50,775 bases of DNA, from positions 62,001 to 112,775 of the forward strand of contig NOWV01000218.1 in the NCBI GenBank assembly GCA_003344405.1, in the 5' to 3' direction. Both the position numbers and the translations under genes were made by a program. Under the pieces are notes generated by a model. The model was not told the origin of the DNA. It searched no databases and saw nothing but the letters and a program-made list of their open reading frames with translations. Positions 19,370 to 31,300 of this stretch are shown here, piece by piece; within the stretch, counting starts at the first letter, position 1; the number at the start of each line of letters is the position of its first letter. The stretch comes from Trichoplax sp. H2. Taxonomy: Eukaryota.

Positions 19370-22300
19370 CTAGCGTTTTACACTTCTCTTTACTTGAATA
19401 CTAACGCGCTTAGTATCATCGGGCCTTGCAAGTGGGGCCTGATTAGAATAATTTCTTGGACTTCTCGAAGGCGTTCCCTCATTATAATTCCCTCTAGGTG
19501 AATTAACACTTGTTGTATCCTTCGATGGGTGTTTAGATCCTCTTCGCGATGCCTCACTGGTGCCAGTCGACTAATTTAAAAAATATATAAGAATAATAAG
19601 CAACCCATAAAATATAACTTTTATCTAATACGGTAAAAAAATGACAACTGTAATACGTTGCTATATTCTCATGTTATAATTACAAGTTTACATGTATTGA
19701 TGGTAAGTACGGAATTATTACTTACATGTGGCGATCGGTCATATCCAGTCGATTTATTTATGCTATAGTTAACGTTACGTGGCGAATTAAGCGCTTGCTG
19801 AGATGGTGGGTAATAGTTATTAGAAGAATAATCACCAGGGGGGTGCTTCTCGAACGAAAAATTTCGAGGTAGAGTCGAAGACTCGTAAGTATCATCAGAG
19901 CGATTGTTTGTATTTGGTTTCATGGGTCCATAAGATGCAATTGGTGCCGCTTTAAAATTTCTTGGCAAAGTTGCTGATTCATACGAACTTCCTACATTAT
20001 AATTAGGTTGGTGGATAGATTGAGAACTAACCGAAGGTACCTTCGCTTGACTTCCAATTTGCCTATTTGGATGATTGTTTGGAGTCGGGGTATTACTTGC
20101 AGCTTGCATTCCTTCTATACTTGGTCTTCGTACCGTATTGTCTCGCATAACTGGCTTTAGCCTACCCTTTTGTGACGGACCATAACTAGGAGATGACGCG
20201 TTCGAAGACGGATGAGCGACGAGAGAACCATTATGAATAACTGCAGGTTGTGGTCTGTGAATAATCCTGCTACGTCTAGGGCTCTTTTCTCTATACTGGC
20301 TTTGCTGAAAATGGATGGAAAATTGTTAGCGGAACGTTATTATATATTAAAATTAAAAAATGAAATAATCAATACTATTCATGTGATAGAAAATAGAATC
20401 ATTTCATTACAACACAAAATAAATTCAATCAATACATTGCTTACTGAAGTATCACTTTCTAATAAATATTTTTCTAATTTCAATTCTTCTTCTTTAGGCA
20501 TACTATTTATATCAGATGCAGAATCAGATCGATTGTAATCTCGGTAATTAAATGGTTTTAATGTAGTTTCATCATTGATATCTTTATTAGGATAAGTACT
20601 GTCAGATAAATCATTTGATTCCGTTACGCCAGGCGTCTGATTGACTGGTAGTACTCCCAGTTGTAAGTTATCAAATGTGGGTACGCGCTGTAAACCTGCG
20701 CTGTTATTCGGCGATTTGCTTTGAGGGTTGGATAAGTTAATTTCTTGACTAGGAGAGCTATTAAGAGAACCGCTACTTTCTGCTGTAGCGATTTCAAGTT
20801 GCAATCGTGTCGGTGAGAGACGTCGCGATTTCTCTCTATTTGGGCTAACCGGTCTTTCTCCAATACGATAATCACCGTTTCTAACCATCAGGTTACTCTG
20901 ATTTGGGTAACGTCGATCGCTATCATAATCTCTATCACTAACCACTCGCTCTTGATAAGGTTGAGGTCTAGTCCGTGGAGTAACTGATCTGCCGTGGGGT
21001 GTATTTTGTGTAGATGGGCGATGTGCATCCGATGATTTCTGCCGATAAGGTGACATTTCAGATTTCTTTTCATTTCGGTATGGCTTAAATGCACTTGAGG
21101 GAGATTTCGAGCGTTTAACAGGTGTTACCTGATCTTCATTTTGGTAACGATTAATCGATCGTGATCTTCTTCTTGGTGTTGGACTATTATTGCGACTACC
21201 GCTCTTTGGCGTGCTTGGTGGTGTATTAGGCAACGATCTCGAACCGTTACGCCCATGACGATGTGGTCTTGGCGAAGATTCATCAGTACCTCCATCAGAT
21301 TCTACATCAGTGGCAAATTCAGAAGCCTTATACTCACGTCTAGGCCTTCTAGGTCCATCTGTCATCTGACTTCCATCACTATCGTTGTTTTTACGTCCTT
21401 TTACAATGCTTTTCAATAATGTCCTAATTTTTCGATCCCATTTTTTACTAAATTGATAAAGAACAAGTAAATTAAGATTATAAGTTAGGCAAAGCCGAAT
21501 GAAATACGTCAATTTTAAAATATCCTTCATATTTTTTTACTTTTTATCCAACTGAAATTGTTGTAATTTTTGCTCCAAATCTTCTTTATGACGATTGAGT
21601 TTGTCGATTGCTTCTCTATTAATGAATATATTCAGATGATTATGTTAAGATAATTTTTAGCAAGTACAACAACTATGCAAACTAAAATGTTATTGAAGTA
21701 TACTGGCATGTAATTACATAAATTAAAATTATAGAACAACCCAATCGTTGGTGGTGAATAGGAAACTACAAGTACTGTATATTTTATACGGCATCAGAAG
21801 GCGTATTCCTTGGTATTTTGTAAACTTTCTACTCAACTTATTAAGAAGTTATTGTTATCTTGGCTATCAAGTTCAGATACTGACCACTACAAATACCGTA
21901 CTGCCTTCACTATAAAAGGCCGCATGTATTGCTACTGTAACTTCTATCAGTACAGCATTGAGACGATATACGCATTTGTCATGTCATAGTGCCTGCCACA
22001 GCATAAAAAACTGCTTAGATTATGATATTTATGGCAATGATGACGTTACAGTTATAATATTATCGACTAAACTACAATTTAAGGGAAAGAACTTACTTGT
22101 AGGTATGATGTTCTTCCATGTAAAGTTCTTTTCTATCTAAAGTTCTTTGCATTAATTTATGATTTCTCTCCATTAAAACTTTTTCATGTTGCTTTAGGTG
22201 TTTAATCTCTTCATAAGCGGTTAAACGTAGCTGTTCCAACATCTAAATGACAAATTTTAAACTTCAATAAAGATAATTAAAATATATTTATATAGCTACC

Positions 22301-25300
22301 TTTATAAAGACTGAATCTAAACTAATAATGAATGCTGTATTTCAGCTGACCTCGCATCGCTGTGCAACCTTGGCTGCTGTAATGTCTAAATTGTCGAAAT
22401 CCTTTTTAAGTTTACCATAACTAGAATTTAAAGCATTATATTCATCTTCCAATTGCCTTATGGTATGAGCGTCAACTTTCGATTGCTCGTTAATATAGTT
22501 GGTTTGCATTTGCTTTTTGGCAAATTCCAAGTTCAATTTAGCGCGGTCATACCGCTCTTCTAATTCGTGGCTACTTTCTTTTAATCTTTCGTTGTGACGC
22601 TTTAGATCATTATAACTAACTTGTAAGCTTTCATAATTTGCCTTGAGTTGTTTATAATTTTCGTTCAGTTGACGGTAGATGTCCTTTAAATGATTATTTT
22701 CAGCGTATAACTCGCGATAATCAGTTTGCACATTCTCCTTTTCTTGCTTTATTCGAATAACGTCATCAGCAAGCTGCCTTTCTTTCAGCTGAATTGAATC
22801 ATAAGAGTGTTGTAACTGCTGTTTCTCATTCTTAACGATCTCAAATTGCTGACGTAATTCATCAAAACTGGCTTTTAAGCGATCGTTTTGTTCATGTAAC
22901 GTTTGGTGCTTTCCATTTAATACGTTGTGCTCGCTTTCCAATTTTTGAATCTATTAGGTAATTAGAGATGAATACTATTAAGGAATAGTATGTAATTCGT
23001 GCTACCATATAATATTTTACTAATAAAATCTATTATAAAAATTAGAATTCTTTAAATGATATTTTGTTACCATAAATTTTAATGCAGCTATTCTTGCTTT
23101 AAATTCAACGTCTGCAATTTCTTCTGACATTTGTGAGCTACAGGCGCGTATAAACAACAGAATTTTTAAATTCATATTGCAGTGCTATGATGACAGTTGG
23201 AATAGAGATAAACTAGAAATAGTAAACTGCGAATATTTGTAAAAATCTACAGTATACGTAAAATTCATCGATGGCATTTATTTTAAAGTTGGTCGAAGCA
23301 ATATTTAGCTAGAAATCCGTAAATATACCATCACATGTTACACTACCTATTTAAAACAGATCCTGTTATAGCCATATTATCATGTACAGGTGTTATTTCA
23401 TTGGCGTCAATATCATCCTTCCATGAGTTTTTTTCCTAAGAATACGTGATTTGAAACGAATGAGACACAATGTACTGTATTACGGATTCCGAACTGACAA
23501 TTGTCAGTTAGTTTTTATAATGAAAGCTACAATTTTATCAGTTAATTAAGTGACTACGAAGGGTGTGCATAGCCTAATATAAGAGGATAGTTAAAAATTA
23601 TAGTCGTAGATAGTCTTACTTCGGCTAACATCACATTTCTATCTTGTGCTCGTTCAAGGCTGAAAGATTTTGAGCATGAAAAAGTACGAAATTACAATTT
23701 AAGGAAAAATATCTGATACTTATTATTTAAATTAAAAAATACATTATTCTTCAACTCACGCAATTTCTAGCTGTGATAATAATTTACTTCTAATTTCTTT
23801 ACTGCAGTTCAAAGAAATATCTAACTTCTCATCGATAGTTCGCGATTTTCTGCATACGAAAAATTGAACAAAATATTATCAGTAATCGATTCATAAATAT
23901 AACATATAATCAATAATCTCAAGCAGAATTAGTCTTACAGCTGATCAAAATTTGATTCTTGCTCCATTTCTTTTCTTATAAATTCTATGTCTTTTATTTC
24001 TTTCGATAGTTTATCCATTTCTTTAATTAGCGTATGTAAACCCTTTCGATCGTTTATTAATTCCTAAGAAGGTAATTCAATAAACAGCAATTAGTTATTA
24101 CGACAGCACTTACATAACCTTGAACAAATGTTGCATAAAATAGCGTTTGCAATTTATTAGGTTACCCGTCTAGCAGTAGACAACGTTGTCTTGTTAGTTA
24201 TAATTTCGTCTCCGAAAGCGTTATCAAATTCTCCTTCAACCGTAGCTATTTGCACCTGATCAATTGCTGGCTCGATATCATTGACAGCCATAACCATAGC
24301 AGAAACTGCGGGATTAATTTGCTCATTAACTTGAACAGCTTGCATTTGTTGCTGTTTCGTTACATTATCAATTTCCTCGGATAACTGATCATTTTTATTT
24401 TGTAATATTTCAATTTCGTCCAGCAGATTCCGTTGCTTATTTACTAGATCATTGTTTTCATCCTTAATTGCTTGTAGCATCGTCAATTGTGCTTGCTGTT
24501 CTTTAATGATTTTATTTAAATCACCAACCTGGTTTTGTAACGCTAACAATTGCTGGCTGAATTCAGCATTTTTCTTTTCTAAGTTAATATTATCTTTACT
24601 GGTTTTACTTAAATCATCAAGCTGATTTTGCAATTCTAACAACTGTTGATGTAATTCAGTATTTTTCTTTTCTAAGTCAATATTTTTTTCATCGGTTTTA
24701 TTTAAATCATCAAGCTGATTTTGTATTTCTAACAACTGTCGACGTAATTCAGCATTTTTCTTCCCTAAGTCAATGTTTTCTCCATTGGCTTTATTTAAAT
24801 CATCAAGCTGATTTTGTAATTCTAACAACTGCCGATGTAATTCAGCATTTTTCTTTTCTAAATCAGTATGATCTTCATTCGTTTTGTTTAAGTCAGTAAC
24901 CTGATTTTGTAATTCTAATAACTGTCGACGTAGTTCAGCATTTTTCTTTTCTAAGTCAATATTCTTTTGACTTAATTCATCCACGCGCTGCATGACCTTA
25001 TCGTTATTCGATTGATTATCATTAGATTGACTGACTAATCTTGAGTTTTTAACATCCAATTCGATATTTGCCAATTTCAATTCTTCCAATGATAACTGCA
25101 ACGATGAGTTGTCCATTTTTAAATTATGATTAGACTTTTCGAGTTGCTGTAATGTTTTGCCCATTGAATTACATTCTTCAGTTAGTTTTTCGACCCTAAA
25201 CTCAGCTTCTTTCAAATTGGTTGATGTTGATTTAATTTTTTTAGACAATTGATCGCTTTCATGGATTGCATCCTGCAATGCTGATTCTTTATTAACCAAG

Positions 25301-28300
25301 TCTTGCTGTAAGAAAGTTTGATTTGTTTCCACGTCCTTAATTTTTCTTTCTAGTTCTTGCACATGACTATGATAATCGACTTCTTTACTACGCTGCTGGT
25401 CTAATTGATGCTCAATGTTTCCTTGACTTGCTTTCAATAAGCCGATTTCACGTTTTAATTCATCATTTTTTAATTGCAAATCAGTTACTTGAGCAGCTGC
25501 TTCATGATGTTTATCTTTCAGTGTTTGATTGTAACGGTCTACTTCGTTATATGCTAACTGACTTTTATTAACAGTTTCATTTAATGTTATAATTTCACTT
25601 TCCAGCGTATTAATTTTAGCTACTAATTTATTATTCTTTTCCTCTAACTCGTGCAGCTCTTGCTGCCGGCGATTAATATCATTCTCAAAGTCTTGATTAG
25701 TACGTTTGAGATGCTGATTTTCTTTCAATATTTGATGATTAGTCAATTGCAAGTTAGATAATTCATCAGCTAATTGGCTATGTTTTTGTCGTAATGTATC
25801 AATATGTTGACTAGTTTCAAAGTGACTATGAATTTTACTTTGTAATTCATCCTCTAGCATTTCTTTCTTCATCGCTAAGTCTTGAGTACTGCGTTCCAAT
25901 TCTTGCGTGCGAATTTCTAAATTAGCCATTTCAGCTTCTAACATTGTCTTTTTACCTTCTAGCTCCTTGATATTAGCTTTAAGGCTTGCAATATGATCAT
26001 GAGAATGATTTAATTTGGTTTTTGCATCATCTAATTCATTGCTGACATGTTGAAATTTTTTCTTCCAGTTATCACTTGCGGTTGTTAATTCAATAATCGT
26101 GAAATCTTTTTTATTAATATCTTCATTACATTGATAGTATTGTGCTTGCAGGTCAATCAATTGATTTTTTAATCCCTTATTTTCATCCTGTAATTCATCA
26201 TGATTTTCTTTTAAATTTTTCATGTTAAGTTCCAGCTCTTGTAATCCATTTTTACAACGTGAATAATCAATCACCTGCTGCTGTATACGGGACTGACTGT
26301 CAGCTAATTCAGTTGTTAATTGATTATTCTTTAGTTTTAGTTTTGATAATTGATCATTTAAATCTTGTATAGTAATAGCTTGATGATCAATATCATCGCT
26401 GTAGGCAGCATTTTTCGCTTCCAATTCTTTCATACTCTTATTCAATTCATGGTAATTATTTTCATTTGATTCCACATCAGATATTAGATTAGCATTGTTC
26501 CTTTCCAATTCTTGTATCGTTTTCTTGCTGACTGCAGCCTCACGGGTTAAGCCATTATATCTCCCCTCTAATTCAGCTAATTGATTACAAACATCGTTAT
26601 AACGCTTACGTAAGCTTTCTATTTGCGTTGAATCACTTAATGCCCCTTGTTGATTATTATTGCATTCATCACGCAATAACTTTAACTCAGCTTCTTGTTC
26701 AACGGCTGCTTTGCGTAATTCGTTATTCAATGACTCCAGTGCTTCATTTTCTTCGTCAAGGTTACCTTTTTTCTTCTCTAGTTCATCCAAGGAATGCTTT
26801 AAATGCTTTGATTGTCTTAATACATCTTGATATTGTGCCTGAGTATTCATTAATTCTCGTTGGATTTCTTGATTTTTTGTTTTATAATTATCAAGTTGCT
26901 GCTGTTGATCTTCAACTATTGCTTCCTTAACACTTAAATCATCTTGAGCTGCAGCATTTTGACGTTGCCATTCTTTACTTTCCTTTTTAACAGTTTCTAA
27001 CTGAGCAAGTAAATCAGTTAGATCTGCTTGCTGTCGGGTTTTTAAGCGATCCAATTCCTGATGTGTTTTGCGTAGATTCATCATGTCATGCGTCAATTCT
27101 TGATTTTTACGCTGGAGTTCCTTGTAATCACCATAAATGTTATCATGTCTTTTTTTCCAGTAATCGGCTTGACGTTCACTATCCTGATCACTGGATTGGC
27201 GTTGATTTAATTCATTCATCATTTCGACATGACGATTCTCTAGTTCAGTTTTAGCCGATTTTAAACTATCAATTAGTGTTTGTAAATCAGCTACTTCGGA
27301 TTGAGAATTTGACGAACGCTTTTCCTCATCTTGCAATGCACGCTTTAATTGTGTTATTTCACGCTGCATATCTTGATTTTTACTTAATAATTCCGAGATA
27401 TCTTGTGATGTACAAATCACCTTATCCTTTAATAATTGGATTTGTTTATGCAATTCGGTATTAGCCAGTTGTTTAGAGGCGATATCATCCGTTAATAAGG
27501 CTATTTTCATATCTAATTCATTATTTTTCCTTTTTAATTCTTCTTGCGTTGCCTCGAGATCAGCATTATCCGATTTTACGTTATTAAATTGGATACCCAT
27601 ATGATTATGTTCGCGCTTCAATTGTATATAATCTTGATTAACGGTTTCAATTTTGGCATGTAATTCACTTATTTTCTCTGTTGATTTATTTAATTTGTTT
27701 TGCAAGGTGTGTATCTGCTTGGTACTCTCTTGGATTGTAATATCTTTGTGGGTCAGCTCTTCCGATAGTGATGTTGCTTTACTTTCTAGTGATTTGACCG
27801 TTTTCTTGTATTCTTCCGCTGCATCTTCTAAGTTGGCTACTTCTGATCTTAGGCTATCATTTACTCGAACATAGTCTTCATGTTCTTGACGTGTATGGGA
27901 TAACTGATTCTCTAGTTCTTGAATACTGGTTTTCAATTCTTTCATTTCATTAATAGCAGCTAAATACTTCTTTTTGCTGCTATCGTTTTCACGTAGAGCC
28001 TCTTGTCTAGTAACTTCTTTCTTCGTTAATTCATCCAATAAGACAGAATTTTCAATACCTTGTCCTTTATTTGCCCTTTGTAATGTTGCTAGTTCTTGTT
28101 CTAATACATTTAATCGCTCGCTTGCTGTATTTTTACTATTTAATAATTCTTCATGATTGTCATTCAGTTGCTTGTATTCATTATCTAACTCCTGCTTCTT
28201 ATATTTTAGTTCTAACGCTTCGTCACTTAACGTTGAGTACTTTTTCTTCCAATTATTTAGCTCATCACGAATTTGTTGATTATCGTCGTCACGGCTTTCT

Positions 28301-31300
28301 AATTGATTTTTTAATTCATTCACCTTCTTATTCAATCGTTCAACTTCCAATTTATTAAATTTATCTTCGTCACTACGAAGATTAGCAGTGAGTCTTTCGA
28401 TTTCTTCGCTTTGTAAACTATTCTTCTTATTCAACTTGATATTTTGTCGATCTACTTCTTGATGTTTCTTCGTTAATTCATCTAATTTCTCCTTGCATTC
28501 ATTTAGTTCCGCTAATACTTCTTGATATTGACGATTTTCTTTCGATAATTTAAGCCAATCAGCAGAACTATTGGTAGGATTGTTAAAGTTTTGGTTAGTT
28601 ATATATTGCTATATGATCAGTGGAATACTTAAATAAATGATTCACTAATGTAACTGGAAGGCCTAAACAAAAATTACAAAGTAAATGAAGAATGTGATGC
28701 ACCGAAATGCATCGTGTTTATCATTTCATACGTATTTGTTGCAAAATTCACATAAAAATCTTCGGTGATGATGCTAAATCATTTTGCATCGATTTAAATA
28801 AAAGTATAGTAAGGATAGATATCTAAATAAAGAAGTAAAATTACTGCCTACGGCTGTTGCAAACTGAAAATAATTTAAAAATTAAATGAACGTTGATCAT
28901 TATGATTGTACTTTGCATCAACCACAGTACTCGCAACTCGACATAGATTTTCATTTAGTATTTGAAAATATTAGTGAAAGTAGTTAAATGAAATTTCGTG
29001 AACAAGTGCTAAGATGAAAATAAATTATGTAATCGCTGAGAAGGTATCGTAATCTTCCAGAACTATGACATTCGAGAATATTTTTACATATGCACAGTCC
29101 TTAAGAAGTAATATAGTAATTGAAGGCTTACTTAACGTCAGGACATTCCTTAGCAATTGAAGGCATTGGACCTTATTAGATGATAGAATAGTTTAATGAT
29201 AAGATTATTTCAAAATACTAGAATAGAATTTGATGAAACTAATATTGGTAATGATAAAATATTTACTATTAGGTCGACCAAATTTCAATGTCATTATTTC
29301 TCCATTAGCTTCAGATAGTCGATCCTTACTATTAATTTGCAATCACAGATTAAAATTCTTTAAAATAATGAATTCTATGCTGTATAATTTATAGCGTAGT
29401 GCAAGGTATCTTATGTATTCAGGCACACCAGGACAAACACCAAATTTAATAACACTCACCTCTTTTCATTTTCTACCTCAAGTTTTCCAATTTCTTCCAT
29501 TAGATTATGTATTGTATGCATATCCGTTTGCCTTTGCTAGTTTTGACAAGGGATTAAGATAAATAATTAATAAATATGTGACAGGATAGCGAGAATTCAT
29601 TCGTGAAATAATTCTATAAGGAGAGAAACAGTGTATTATTTGATTTACAACATAACGCCAGATATAGCGAAATAACTGATAACGATAATATTGTAAAATA
29701 TTTATCTATGGACTCCATTTAATAAATCATTGTAATTTTATATCATTAAAAAGTAAACAACTATTATATAAACCTGCTTATAAGACATACTAACCTAAAG
29801 ATTTCAATATCGTAAAAGAGAATGTAAAATATATTTTAAGTTACGATTACAGCTATTTTCTAACACTATATAATAAAACCTAGGGAGAAACACTGTAGAA
29901 TTTTATAATAAAGGCTAGAGATAAATAGTTCTTACTGGTCTGGTTTATAGTAAAAATTTTTGAAAGTTAGCAATTGGTAAGCTCTACTTAAAGGCAACTT
30001 TTAATGTTGTGAAATGATCTAAGGCATACTATTATACCCATTACCTTTGACATGTCATCAACAAATTTGTTCAGTTCACGTATTTCTGCTTGTAATTCGT
30101 CTAATACAGAATTGACAATAAAATGATCATGTATTTAGATCATACAATGAAGGTTTTATGACAGCTTGAATCTAAACTATAATTATAATTTTATTAATAG
30201 ATTTTGTAATTAAGATTACCAATAAAAAATAACTAACCTACTGTTACAGAACTTTTATACTTATTTAATTCCTCTTCCAAAAATGTTTTGGATTCGATTA
30301 ACAAAGTATTTTGCTCCCTTAATTCCTATTTTCAAGTATAGTTATATGGTTTACAGAAAGCGTAAATAGATCACATTAGCACAAATTACTTTCAAATTAA
30401 AGACATTGTGATAATTTCATGAAGACTTTACCTCAACTTTTTTCTTATTTTTCTCAGAGTCCTTCAATTTTTCTCTTAGTTTAACATTTTCTGCCTTGTA
30501 CTTTTCAGCTTTGAAAAGCTAGAAAACACAAATGAAGTAAGTAACAAAGAAAATGTGTTATCTAATTTTTAACATCTTAACTTATTAAATTTGATTTAAT
30601 AGAAGACAGCTTTTGAGAACGTCCTCGGCTACTATCATCGATTTATATCGATAGAAAGTATTTTACAGAGATGGACCTACCTGTTCTCTAAGAACATCAT
30701 TTTCATCCCTATAGGCCCTAGCACTTTTTGCTTCACTGGAGAGATCTTTAGTCTATACGTACATATAATAGAATGATTAAAATGTAGAAAAATTAAAAAA
30801 AATTTCTTGATCTAGAGGGATTTTATACCGTTTGCTGAAGTTTCTTAATCAATTCAATCTGTCTCGCCAGCTTATCCTTGAAGTCATTAATTGATTCAGT
30901 TTTATCAGCTCTACAGCATTGTAAAAAAAACAGATCTTAGCACGTAGATTTTACATTTATAATTTATGTTAATTGAGTGCTATTACGATATAATTTGTTA
31001 TGCACTAACAGTTCATCTTTCAGCATTCGTATTGTTGTATTTCGTTCTAATTCTTGATAAATATCAGGTTCACTAGGTGGTCCATTGGTTGTCCCCGGCT
31101 GACCAGATTCGGACGCATTTTGATTTTCCTCATTTTCCGTCTAAAAGTATCGTGTTGTAGACGAATTAATATGATAAGAGGAATCAATGATACCTTATTA
31201 GAAGCATGATGAGATTAATAGTTATGTAGCGGTAACTAAAAACCTTACCCGTTGACCTTTCAATTCTTCTATATCGTGTTCCAATTGAGCAGAATTCTGA

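Noticed and set aside
26628..28358. Plus-strand ORFs overlapping the giant exon
   Set aside because: Antisense shadows of the coiled-coil coding sequence.
28568..28608. Upstream AG at 28609-28610 as the giant-exon acceptor
   Set aside because: It is phase 0, whereas the preceding exon ends in phase 2. The acceptor giving an exon start at 28567 fits the phase, has a CTAAC branch site and restores alignment to Girdin.
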